A DNA stretch of 64,000 bases. Origin: Batkoa obscura (taxonomy: Eukaryota). The stretch covers positions 186,001 through 250,000 of the forward strand of contig JASVEC010000027.1 of NCBI GenBank assembly GCA_030770535.1, in the 5' to 3' direction. The notes under the pieces were generated by a model. That model saw only the letters and a list, made by a program, of their open reading frames with translations, was not told the origin of the DNA and made no database searches. Made by a program: the position numbers and the translations under genes. Below are positions 48,950 through 61,936 of this stretch, in pieces. Position 1 is the first letter of the stretch; each line of letters opens with the position of its first letter.

Positions 48950-49990
48950 ATGAGTTTCAGTGGTGGATTAAAATTAACCGATTTAGATGATCATATCAAC
49001 CCTAGTCAAGACTGTATTATCCCCATTGAAAAGCCTAAACAACCGATCAATACATCTGAGATTAAAATTGAATATGAAGGAGAAGTAGATATGGGACCTA
49101 TTGAATATGAAAAAGTAAATATTACTTTAACGGATTGTTTGGCTTGTAGGTAATTAAAAAAGAGTATTAATAATTTAATAAGAGACAAATAATAATTATT
49201 TTTATTTTTTATCAATAATAATAGTGGCTGTATCACTAGCGCTGAAAGTATACTAGTAAGTTTACAAAGTCATATAGAAGTATATAAAGCGATTACCTCG
49301 AATAAAACAGTGATAGCCAGCATAAGTCCACAAGTCATTAGTAGTTTTTCAGCTAAATATAATACAGAATTTGAAATCATGAGAAAAATATTATGTAGTG
49401 TATTAAAACAAATTGGTGTTTTTAAAGTAATGGATATTAATATTGCAAGGGATTTGATGTTATTAGAAGCTTTTAAAGAGTTTGAAGAGAAAAGCAAACA
49501 GGGAGATGGACTGCCAATTATTACATCCGCTTGTCCAGGTAAGTTGAAATATTTGATAAGGTTTTTTTATAATTTGATTATTTATTTTTTATTAGGTTGG
49601 ATTTGTTATGCTGAAAAAAGTCAAGAGTTTATTATACCGTATATATCAAAAGTCAAATCACCTCAGCAAATTATGGGTAGTTTAATTAAGAATTTTTATT
49701 CAAAAGAAAATAATCTAAAGTAAGTTTAATTTATTATTACTAATAGCTATATTTATTTCTATTAATATTTCCATTAATACTTATATTAGATATGAAGATA
49801 TTTATCATTTTACAATAATGCCATGTTATGATAAAAAATTAGAAGCTAGTAGAAATGATTTTTATAATGATTTATTTAAAACTAGAGATATTGATTGTGT
49901 TATTACAACAGGTGAATTAGAAAAAATTATATTAGAAAAAAATATTGATATGGGAACTATTATTCCAATAGAATTAGATCCTTTAATTAC

Positions 49991-50026
<36 letters not shown>

Positions 50027-50840
50027 ATGGGAAGAATATTTATATAATCCAACTAAATATTCTTTTTCTACTAATTATTCAGATGGATTAACTCAATTTA
50101 TTTATTATCAATTTGCTAAATATCATTTTAATTTTAATGCTAATTTTAATGAATTTTTATATCCAAATCCAGATAATAATGATAATAATAATTTAAATTT
50201 AATGAATTTTAAAATTAATACTTTACGCAATAATGATTTTAAAGAAATTCAATTAATTGTAAGTTTGTTTAATATATAACAAATATATTAATATGTTAAT
50301 TAAGCTATTTTTATTATTTAGGATAATAATAATAATATTCAATTAAAAATAGCTCAAGCTTATGGTTTTAGAAATATACAAAATGTAATACGTAAATTAA
50401 AAAATAACAAAATTAAATCTAATTATCAATTTATTGAAATTATGGCTTGTCCATCAGGTAATTAATTTTATAATATAAATAATATATATAATAATATTAA
50501 TTAATAATATATTTATTTTCTATTTTATTTTATAGGTTGTATTAATGGTGGTGGACAATTAAAAAATGAATTAATTGATAGTAAACAATGGCTATATCTA
50601 ATGAAAAAACAACATTATTTAATAAGAAATAATAACAATCAAAGTGATAATAATAATAATAACCCAATTTTATATGATCCATTTTTAGATCCATATTTAC
50701 AATTAATATATCAACAATGGTTTAATAGTGATATATATAATACAAATTTAGAAATATTAAATAATTTTTATACAGAATATCATCCTATTAAAAAAGAAGA
50801 AAAAAGTAGTACAACACTTGGATTATCTACTAAATGGTAG
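48950..50840 (+). CDS. NAR1: Cytosolic Fe-S cluster assembly factor Nar1/CIAO3 (iron-hydrogenase-like)
   Basis: Multi-exon: [88 protein letters not shown]-terminal KW. Confidence 0.96.
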
Positions 50841-50892
50841 TATAGAAATGAAACGAAATAAATTATATTTAAGTTAAATTAAATAGATTCTC

Positions 50893-52111
50893 TTATTTTC
50901 TATTTATTAAAACTTCATCAATTAAACCAAATTCTTTTGCTTCTTCTGCAGACATAAAATTATCTCTTTGCATTGCATTTTCTATATAAATAAAAATATT
51001 ATTATTATTAATTACTATTACTATTACTATTATTTTTTATTTTTTATTTTTTAACTTACCAATAATTTCAATATCATGAATTTTACAATGATAGTGATAA
51101 AGTTTATTTAATCTTTCTCTAGTTTTTAAAATTTCAACAGCATGAATTGCAATATCCGAAGCTTGGCCTGATGCACCACCACTTGGTTGATGAATCATTA
51201 TTCTAGAATTAGGTAAGGCATATCGTTTACCAAAATCACCTATTTGAATAATTGAATATTATTAAATATTAAAATAAAGTCAAAACTATTAAAATATCAA
51301 AAATTACCTGCTGCTAATAATAAAGAACCCATGGAACATGCTTGTCCTAAACATAAGGTAGAGATTGGACTTTTTATGTACTTTTTAAAATAAATTTATT
51401 ATTATTTTAATAATGATAAATTAATTTTATATTACTTGCATCTATAAAGAAAAATACAATTATAAAAATAAATTATTTTATAATACTATTAATTTTACTG
51501 TATCATAAATAGCTAAGCCAGCCGATACTGAACCACCTGGAGAATTAATATAAATTGATATCATTTTTTCTGGGTTTTCTGCTTCTAAAAATAATAATTG
51601 AGCTACTACTACTGAAGATAAACTATCGTTGACCTAATATTTTGTAAAAAAAAAAAGAGAGGTTAATAAAATGTTAGTTGGTTTGGAAGTTGTTATAAGA
51701 TTCAATAACTTAAGGAATGAAATTAATACTTACTGCTCCATTTAAAATAATGATTCTTTCTTTTAATAATCGGGAATAAATATCAAAACTTCGTTCCCCT
51801 CTTGGCTAAATGGAATTTAGTTAATATATTAATTGAATTATTTATTATCATTCAATGAAATTAATCTACTTTAAAAATATTAAACTTTTTTTACCGTTTG
51901 TTCAATAACAAATGGAATTAAATTACTTTGAATATTTGAATTCCCCTAGTAAAAATAAAGAATTAGAATGTAATAAAATATATTAATTAAATTAAATTAA
52001 ATTAAATTGAATTAAATTAAATTGATGAAACTTTACTGAAAATGAATCAAAATAAGCCCTTTGATATTTCATTATTGGTTTAAAATATTTTAATACTCTT
52101 TTAGTTAGCAT
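50893..52111 (-). CDS. CLPP: Mitochondrial ATP-dependent Clp protease proteolytic subunit
   Basis: Eight exons, absent from the ORF track: presequence [12 protein letters not shown]..., [58 protein letters not shown] (catalytic Ser), IMIHQPSGG (His), [17 protein letters not shown] (Asp). Confidence 0.95.
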
Positions 52112-52469
52112 AGTCTTTGGATAGTGAATTAGAAATTTGATTTGAAATTATTATTTATTTTTTTAAATATAAAAAAGATGAATGACGTGGTTATTTTTTT
52201 AGATTTTTGTAAAAAGACAAAAATTCAAAATTTGCAAAAAATAAGAAATTTGCATTAGTTGATTTATATTGGTTAGTAAATTAGTGTTTATATAGTAATA
52301 ATGATTTATAAAATAGTTTATTGTCCTAGGGATTTAATAGGCTTTTAATTATATTATCGGATTTCATTAAAGATATTTATTATTCATTTATAAAAATTAA
52401 TCTAATTATCATAGTTAAATACGCTTATATTATACTATATATTATTATATCAATGTTAAATTTATATAT

Positions 52470-52568
52470 TGGGATGCATTTTTGTGTTTAAGAATTTTAC
52501 TAACAATTTTTCCGCTCGAATAGTGCTTGAAAAACGGAACAAGTAATGAAACCAAAAAAAACACTCCC
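52470..52568 (+). mobile_element. MITE family A copy 12
   Basis: TGGGATGCATTTT...ACACTCCC with ATAT/ATAT TSD. Confidence 0.85.
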
Positions 52569-53952
52569 ATATATATTTAAATCTTTGTTTTTATTTTTTA
52601 TTTTTCATTTTTATTTCAATAGTGTTCTAACTAATGTAAGTTTTCCAGGTATTTAGAGTACTTAAAAAACTATAATAATAATAAAAAGTACATTTAATGT
52701 TTTATCTCTTTAAATGTTAGAAAACTTTTAATTTTATAACTTCAAATATTTTTAAAAAAAGATTCATAGTTTCAATATTAGTGAAATTATTATTTTATAA
52801 TAATTAAAATTAAATAAATTTTAGAAATGCTATAATATCAAGTATAAATTATTAATATTATTTATTTACTATCAAAATATTAATAATAATTTTTAATTAC
52901 CCTTAATATCAAAATAACAAGCAGTATTAAATTTAAATTAAATAAACTTTAATTAAATATTTAAATAAACTTTAAATTATTAACTTTAAATTATTAACTT
53001 TAATTAAAAATAAATTAAAAATTAAAAATAGACTCAACCCTTAAATATATAAACAAGTTAATTTACATTCATTAGTAACAATCTAATAATAATTTTGGCT
53101 ATTAATTACATAAGAATTAATTTATAAACGTAATAAAGTTAGTAAATAAAATATAACATGAATACAACAATGAAAGATTTATAACTCATTAGAAAGCATT
53201 GGTAACAACTACTCCTTATACTATTGTCCATCTATTTTAATAATAATAATAATAATTTAATATGACCAGCTTAACATCAACCAAACACAAGGTTTGAATT
53301 CGGTCGTAAGAAACGAGATTTCGCCAACTAATAACAGGTCATTTCAAACTTTCTAATAATCACCATAGCAATATGACAGTAGTATATTTTCCTCTATTAG
53401 ACCCTAACTAAATAAACTCCGAAATATATTAACTTATTGGTACTTTAATAACTCTTTAAATTTCAACAGAGTACTGAATCTTTATGATATTTACCCAATT
53501 AGAGTGGGGTTAAACTTAAGGATTTTAGCTTAAATCATCTTCGCTTCAAAACAGTTAATTAAACCGATATTGATCTTAGTTTCATTACAATAGTGGAATC
53601 AGCCTGAATGTATAGTTTAAACAGGAATATATATAAGATAAGTGAATTGATTATTAAATAATAGAGGAAGATACATATACATCAATATATATTTTATAAA
53701 ATTCTCAATTTTTATTTAGTTTGCTAAAATGAATTAAATTTTTTATTGAAAAATCAATGATTCATAACGAATAAAATGTGCAATTAACTAAAATAATCTA
53801 TAGCAATTGGATAAGTTTAAGTGAACCTTTTAGGCTTAACTATGACATGGACTATTTTTAAGATTTTTTTGTTCATTTCAGAACATAGATTTGCAATCTT
53901 TTGATAATTAAATATTTCTATCTAATCAAATGAATCAAAATTCCCAAATTGA

Positions 53953-54224
53953 AGCCAATCAAAGTTAGAAATAGGGTCCACTTATTCGATACTAATTTGG
54001 CTGTTTAGTTTCAAACTCTAAGCATGATTGGCCAATCAAAACCCTAATTGAAAATTTACTAAAAATAAACCCCCATTTTAGGCCCAAGGTTCGGCAAATA
54101 GGATTAACTTAAACCAATGATATGATATTATGTATCTTAATAATTAGATTTTATTAGCTTACCACTCCATCATCACTAAAGCTTACAATAGAATGCAAAA
54201 GTAAATCAACGAAATAGTATATAA
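53953..54224 (+). promoter_or_regulatory. PCK1 promoter elements: CCAAT boxes (near 53955, 54032, 54114) and TATATAA at 54218-54224
   Basis: AGCCAATCA, ATTGGCCAATCA and AACCAATGA motifs; the TATA box lies inside predicted intron 1. Confidence 0.5.
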
Positions 54225-55993
54225 GTCCAACAAACTCACTGTAGCTCTCTAATTTTTTTATACTAATACGTAATTCCTATCACTAGGTTTACTTTGCTCA
54301 AATCTTTGACTCCTCTCTTTAAACAAAAACTTAACTTAAATATGGTTTTCGGTAACATCTATGACGATCTTAAAGCTGAAGCTAAGATCGATTATCAACG
54401 TACTAAGATTTTCCGTAACTTATCCGTTGCTGAACTTTACGAGCATGCCCTCACTCATGAACCTGGTACTGTTTTATCTTCTTCCGGTGCCATCATTACC
54501 AAATCTGGTGCCAAAACTGGTCGTTCTCCACGTGATAAGCGTATTGTTGAAGAAACTGAAACTTCAGGAGATATCTGGGTAAGTTTATTTATTAATTTTT
54601 ATTTACTTAATTCTAATATCTATAGTGGGGTCCAGTTAATACCCCAATGAGTGACGAAGTTTTCCGTATTAATCACGAACGTGCTGTTGATTATCTTAAC
54701 ACTCGTTCCCGTTTATATGTATTTGATGGTTATGCAGGTTGGGATCCAAAATACCGTATTAAAATTCGTGTTGTGTGTGCACGTGCTTATCATGCTCTTT
54801 TCATGCGTAACATGTTGATTCGTCCAACTGAAGAAGAACTTGAAAACTTTGGTCACCCTGACTTTACCATCTTTAACGCTGGTCAATTCCCTGCCAATCG
54901 TTATACCACTGGTATGACTTCCACTACCTCAGTAGCTATTTCCTTCAAACGTCGTGAAATGGTCATCCTTGGTACTGAATATGCTGGTGAAATGAAAAAG
55001 GGTGTATTCACCGTTATGCATTACCTTATGCCAAAAGCTGGTGTACTTTCCCTCCATTCTAGTGCCAACACCAGTGCTGGAGGAGACGTTTCTCTCTTCT
55101 TTGGTTTATCCGGTACTGGAAAAACCACCCTTTCGGCTGACCCACAACGTTTATTGATTGGTGATGATGAGCATTGTTGGTCCGATGATGGTGTCTTTAA
55201 CATTGAAGGTGGGTGTTATGCTAAATGTATTGGATTATCAGGTGAAAAAGAACCTGAAATTTTCAATGCTATCCGTTTCGGTTCCGTTTTAGAAAACGTT
55301 GTTTATGATGGTAAGCGTGATGTCGATTATGAAAACAAAGATATCACTGAAAATACTCGTGCTGCTTACCCAATTGAATATATTCCAAATGCTAAGATTC
55401 CATGTGTTGGTGGTCACCCTAAACACATTGTTTTATTGACTTGTGATGCTTTCGGTGTTTTACCACCAATCTCTAAATTAACTCCATCCCAAGCTATGTA
55501 CCATTTCATTTCTGGTTACACTGCTAAGATCGCTGGTACTGAGGAAGGTGTTACTGAACCACAAGCTACCTTCTCTGCTTGTTTCGGACAACCCTTCTTA
55601 GTATGGCATCCAGTTAAATATGCTTCTATGTTAGCTGAAAAAATGGAAAAACATCAAGCCAGTGCTTGGTTAATTAACACTGGATGGAACGGTGGTGCTT
55701 ATGGTACTGGTAAACGTATCTCACTTAAATACTCTCGTGCTATCATTGACGCCATCCATAATGGCGAACTTGATAAAGCTGAATATGTTGATTATCCAGT
55801 CTTCAACCTTAAGATCCCAACCAAGATCACTGGTGTTCCAGATGAAGTCATTAACCCAGCTAAGGCCTGGTTAGGTACTGCCGAATCTTATGATGCTACA
55901 CTTAAGAAACTTGGTACCCTTTTCAATGAAAACTTTAAAGAATACGCCTCCCAAGCTACCCCTGAAATCTTGGCTGCTTCTCCTCAAGTTTAA
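54193..55993 (+). CDS. PCK1: Phosphoenolpyruvate carboxykinase (ATP); long form from 54193 (predicted presequence), short form from ATG 54342
   Basis: [28 protein letters not shown] (P-loop), [25 protein letters not shown]; intron 54579-54625; predicted intron 54201-54286. Strong codon bias (CGT, GGT, TTC) suggests high expression. Confidence 0.97.
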
Positions 55994-57123
55994 ATTTCTT
56001 CTCAAAACTAACGCCATATCTTTTATACTAAAGATTAGTAACTAGCTTTGATGGCAATAAAATGATATTTATGTTTAAATTTTTATTAAAGAAGTTATAA
56101 TATTAATGGGTTATATGGGATTATCTTTTGTTCATTTTTTGTCCAAATTCTATGCAATAGAATAATGATCATATTTTTTTAAAAATTTATTAGCAAATTG
56201 TTCAACTATATATATGCATAAAAATTGGAAAAAAAATAAAACAAAAAAAGATATTGCTAGATGAACAATTTATTAGTAAATTTTAAACAAAATGACAACT
56301 CCATGATTCTTTTATTGTTGTTAGAGGTAGTTTATATACTATATATAATGTAGCCGTTAGTTTGATAGATATGAGAAATATTTATTGTTACTGATTATTC
56401 TGATTGAATAGTATTGTTTAAAACATAACATTTATAAAAGTCATCTCCGCGTTTGTTGAAAGTAAAGTATAAATAATTTCGAAAAGTACATAAACTAAAA
56501 ACTATTAAAATAACTCAATAAAAACAATTATATATTCATAGCTTGTTTAACTAGATAAACATATTATAAAGTTGACTTGTTCTGACATTCCAGTAAAAAG
56601 TTAATATCAACGTTTGATTATTAACTATTTATCAAAACTATCGAACTCAAAGGTAAGGTTGTAGTAACTGACAAAAGTAAGTAAACATTGGTCATTTTTT
56701 TGATTTTGTAATTTATCTGAATGTTCATAAAAAACCAAAAGTGACTAACATAGACTCACTTTTATTTGTCACTGTATACCAAAGCAAACTATAAACAATA
56801 AGATATTTATACTTATAATGAAATAAAGTAAATAATATGTAAATAATGTAGCTTATGGAATAAATAAAAAATTTCGATTATTATATATTAATATTACCGC
56901 TTTTTAAGGAAAAGGAGATAAATATAGTTTTATATTATATAAAATGAGAAAGATTGATCTCAAATAGGACTTATATAGGGAGAAGAATGCTAAACAATAA
57001 AATAGATTGTCCAACGATAGAAGATTAAAGGGTGGTATCTATAAGATATTAAATAAAATAAGATAAAAGTAGTCAAATTAATTAGACTATAAGATTAAAT
57101 AAAAATAATTTTTAAAGTGAAAC

Positions 57124-58145
57124 TTAAAACGGAGATGATATTTTTTTGCTATGACTATTTCCTAAATCAATTGAAATCTTTTGAGTTTGGATTTCTGATT
57201 TGGTTCCTTTGATCATACTACTACTTGTATTTCCGTCTCTTGTTTGATAATAAGCTTTGAATTGTTCAAGTAACATAAAGGTTAATATGGTATGTGGTCC
57301 TAATCTCAAATAAGAGGGTAACCAACCTTTAAACAATGATCTTACTCCCTCTTCTTGAACTATATGGTACATTGCTTTGTAGATCTTGGCAGATTGTCCT
57401 ACTTCTTTACTACTTGACATGATTCTTGTCTTTACTACATCAATCGGGGAGCATGCTGTGGTAGCAACTATGCCCTAAAAGACTAATTAAATACATACAT
57501 TATATTAGAATATAAAAAACCTACCGCTAATAAACTAGTAACAAAGTGGGTTTTCAAGTCCTCTTTAAAATACTTAGTTGACATCAACTGTGTTTTAATA
57601 ACATCATAGGATCCAAGTTGAGATACAGTCATAATAACCGAACGTACCATACTGGTACGAAGACCTCTTAATAAGGTACTACTTCCTTCTTCCTTAATAA
57701 TTCTGAAAAAGCCCTCTAATACGTTTTTATACTTTCTTTGCATCTGCACTGGTAATTGTCGATCAGATTGCATTCTAACATTGATAACATCAAATGGATT
57801 ACCAAAGCCTCCGCCCACACAGCCTGCTAATACAGCCGAAGCTACCAAGCCGTAAAAGGGTATTTTACCATCTGGACTCTGAAATTGGCTTTTAAACCTA
57901 TCGTAGCAACCAAATCGAATTGTTGAGTAAGTCATCTGCCTCAATAGTGCAGCACCTATACCATCATACAAAGCTAAGAAACCTTGTTGCTTTAGGATAG
58001 ATTGAGCAGTCTTAACAAGTCCTGGTCCTTTTCTAAGTTTATGGTTTTGTAATTGTACTTTTAAAAGATCTTGAGGATGGGTACATAATGAAGCAAAACT
58101 ACAGGCTAAGCCACCGAACCAGAAGGGGTATTTTTCATTAGTCAT
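57124..58145 (-). CDS. DIC1: Mitochondrial dicarboxylate carrier (SLC25A10/Dic1-like)
   Basis: YPFWFGG start, three carrier repeats (P.D..K/N), LRQMTYSTIRFG, VRMQSD, SQLGSYD, RLGPHT; intron 57524-57475. Confidence 0.92.
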
Positions 58146-58867
58146 TTTATTGCTGCTTTGATAATTCACTTTCGAGCTAATGGTACATTGGTTACTATTC
58201 AAGTAGAAGGTGTTAAGTTTAACTAAGATTCTAATTTTTTCTTATTTTGTGGATTTACCCTGAGTTAAACTAATTTTCCAGCCGTGGATTTAAACTTAAC
58301 CAATCATATTAAACTCAAAATTGGTTCATGTTTTCGAGTTGATCTGATTAGCTGCTGATGTTAAGTTTGGGTTTGGTGCTTGAGCTTAAATAAAGTAAAT
58401 CAGCCTCAGCTTAAAATTAGATGCCTATTTTTAGTGCGAATGATAGGATTATTAGTTAGTAAAATTGGTGATTGGTTATGACAATCTTTAATCATTATGA
58501 CTCTGCTGGTTAAGAATTCAACCCTTTTGATGTCTAATAATATTTAGCTAATATTAGTAAGGATTTAGTTTATTAAAAGATGTATCTATAAAAATATCAT
58601 AAAACATTAGTTGAAGTAATTAAGATTATTATCTTATTTTGGATCTAATGAAGTTAATATTATTCACTACTAAATGACACTATCCATAAAAGGCTTTTTT
58701 TAATTATTTGTTATTCTTAACTTTTTGAACTTCCAATTTAGTTATAATAAAAACATTAGTATACTAACACTTTGAAACCTTTATAATGTATTATAAATAT
58801 ACGATTCTACTATAAGTTCAAAAACAACAACCAAGTTATTATATATTTATTAAAATTAAAATAAACC

Positions 58868-60584
58868 CTAAAAGTTTTCTTTGTTATAATGAAACTTAGT
58901 ACCTTCATTACCCGGTTGTGAATATTGATTACAGTACATGTGAAGAGATTTAGACAAAGGTTTAGGTCCACAGAAAAACACACCAATATCTGTAGCCTTA
59001 TGTCTCTCCACTAACTTCTGGAAAATACTATTAAAGTTAGGTCTTCCAAATTGAGTTGGTGACCTTAACCCTGTCAACGCATCCTCTTTACCTACTTCGT
59101 AATTAAGTGTAAGATTACGAATTTCATCTGCCTTTAATTTTCCTGTTAAAAAGGTATTGATTTCAATAATATGGGAAGTATCCTCTTGTTCAATTACACT
59201 TAACAGCGATTGAAACCATTCAAATGCTTCTTTATCACGACAAGTCCATATAAAATATACTTTACATAATCTAGTCTGCTTACTTGGAGTGTAAAGACGA
59301 TACCAAATGGATCTAAGGATAGAAGCAAATGGAGTTACACCAATACCTGCACCTACTAGGACCGATACTTCATAATTAAACACATCTTCCGATGCAGAAC
59401 CAAAAGGCCCATCAACCATAATTGAAGGTAACGCTCTATCTAACGACTCATCGGTGGCAGCTTGTGGGGATTTAGCATTTATATCACAACCCAAACGCTC
59501 TGCAAGTGATTTGGTAAAGTTACCAGCCATTCTCATATGTATGGAAGCATAATCATCTTCTGGAGCAGAGGTTAAAGTAAATGGATGCCATTGGTGTAAA
59601 GAAACTTCTGGACAATTTAAAAAGATATATTGCCCTGCTTTCATTTTAAAATTCTTCTTTTTAAATTGAATTTCTACTACCCTTGAAGGATGGAGTACAA
59701 CCCTAGATATAAAAGTATCTCTAGAACCCCGCCACTCCCTCATAACTCTTTCATAAAGGTACAAAACACCAGAAAACGTCCAATACTTCCAAAAGGAAGC
59801 ACCTGCACAATAAGGTGGATGGTCTCTTTTAATTAAACAAAAACCACCATGGAAACTATACATTAAAAAGTAGATGGCGAATAGATGGTGGGTATACCAA
59901 AATAGCTCAAAATTTTGACGACGTACTTTACCAAGGGAGGTAACACCTATTAAAATGAGACATAATAGCATAATGCAACCTGACCATCCAGGTCCTGTCA
60001 AAAAGGTATAGTGAGCCCAACTTTTTCCAGTGATACCACCCACATTAAGGTTGGATAGTTTATAAAAATTAATAAAATGGGCGATTGAATGAGTGACAGA
60101 ATAAAAGATGACGGTCCAAGCAGTAAGTTTATGGAAAGTTCTATTTTTATCAAAAGGGATGACATGATTTAAAGGGGTAGATCTCAATAGAGAAATAATG
60201 GTACGACACATTGGTAAAAGGATTAAAGCGGTATTAATTTCAATTGGTAATGAGGTTGCTCTAGCAATAAGAAAAGACTCTTGTAGGATATCTCTTACCA
60301 CACTAAACTCACTGTTGTATTTGTAGTTTACAAAAGCAAACCCAAAAATTAAAATTTGACTAATGCACCAGATGATCATAAATACAATAGTTGAGGCTAT
60401 AAATTATATGTTAATAAAAGTTATGATGAGATCATATAAATCATTTACTTTCGTTTTTAGCATATCGTGATATCTTTTCAGCTATTGTCAGTTTATTGTA
60501 GTCTAATGGAGTTGACGGTGTCATATAATTGGGCTTGTTGCCCAACGTTTGGTATCCAGCTTTACCTTTAGCAATTTTATCCAT
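58868..60584 (-). CDS. noxB: NADPH oxidase catalytic subunit (gp91phox homolog), NoxB/Nox2 type
   Basis: Exon 60584-60449 plus 60396-58868. Heme His pairs (FHKL...HSIAH, YTHH...FHG), HPFTLTSAPE (FAD), DGPFG, GAGIGVTPF, CGP, terminal KENF. The ~40-aa N-terminal extension and HGGFCLIK loop are NoxB-like. Confidence 0.9.
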
Positions 60585-61464
60585 TTTAAAGTATTCTATT
60601 CAGTAGTATCAAACTAATTGTTCAGAATAAAGGTGGTGAAAGTTGAAAGCTGCTTGAAACAAATAAAATAAAAATACAAAGTTTTAATTTTAAAAATGAG
60701 CTTCTACTATAAAAATGTTGTAATTTACTAATAGTTCCTAGTTTATTGGCCTTAAATCACTCGTTAAAAATAAATGTTTTTGGTAAATTTCTGGGGTGTT
60801 AGCCAATCATCGTGAGCTACTTTCTGCTCCTGAAATTTCTTGGCTACTTTAATTTTAATTTAAAAATTAAAGAACTAATATATATTAATAGAAACATATT
60901 CAATATATTAAAAACATAAAACTAAAAATTTCAAAAAGATACTTGTTCTAAATTTTATCAGTTTATGAAAATCACTTATCAAGGATGTTGAACTTTCATA
61001 TGAATCATTTAAAATAAGTGTTTTAATACGCCATTCCACCTCAACTTTGTTGGTTTGCAAAATTTAACGTGCCATTTTTTAACTTTTTTCCCATTTCAAG
61101 TAAATATAACTTACAGGTTTAAAATTTAATTTTCAAGAAAGATTTAAAACCAGCAAGTAACTTCAATCAAACTGGCAAATAAGTTAAAAGAGTAACAAGA
61201 CAATTTTCACAAATCAGCAAAGCTGAGTTTATAATCGTGCACAAAAAATGAACCAATACATCAATAGTAAGAACCAAAATATTATATTGTAACACAGCCT
61301 TATTTTTTATTTTTAAAGTCTATTAGAGATAAAAAAGCACTTGTTAAATAAAATAGATACTAATATTAAATAACAATTTTGGTTTTAAATGTGAATATTG
61401 GCTTTAAACCTTCCATATCGCATACTTAAGTAAGCGGATAGCTATAGCACATAAATCATTATAT

Positions 61465-61560
61465 AGAGGTGTTTTTTTGGTTTCATCACTTTTTACATTT
61501 GTTGTGCTATTTGAATGGAAAAATTGTTGGTAAAATTCTTAAACAAAAAAATATATCCCC
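61465..61560 (-). mobile_element. MITE family A copy 13
   Basis: Reverse copy with ATAT/ATAT TSD. Confidence 0.85.
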
Positions 61561-61854
61561 ATATAATATAATAGCTGCACTCATAGCTAAAAAAATCAAA
61601 GTGTAGAAATCAATGGCAATGAGTATTTAAAAAAATTTATACAAAAGTAAATTATCATCATCTGTGATAAATTGGTGTTTTAAATTAATAATTAAAAAGA
61701 CAGTTAAAACTAGTTTATAACACAATACAACAATTATATTTAAAAAAGCAGTTTAATTTTCAAAAAATAGCAGCATTATGTCAATAAAACATTTAGGAGT
61801 TTTAAAAAAATAATTGACATCCTTGATAAAATAGAGTCAAACTAAAAAGTTTGA

Positions 61855-61936
61855 CGACAGCTACAGGATTTGAACCTGTGCGGGGAAACCCCATCAGATT
61901 TCAAGTCTGACTCCTTAACCACTCGGACAAACTGTC
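61855..61936 (-). tRNA. tRNA-Ser(TGA)
   Basis: Identical to 37580-37661. Confidence 0.97.

Noticed and set aside
48950..50840. [FeFe]-hydrogenase implying anaerobic metabolism
   Set aside because: The N-terminal motif and terminal W match Nar1/CIAO3, and cytochrome c heme lyase in the same window indicates aerobic mitochondria.
58146..58202. TTG-initiated N-terminal extension of DIC1
   Set aside because: ATG at 58145 gives the typical short N-terminus before YPFWFGG, and carriers do not need a presequence.
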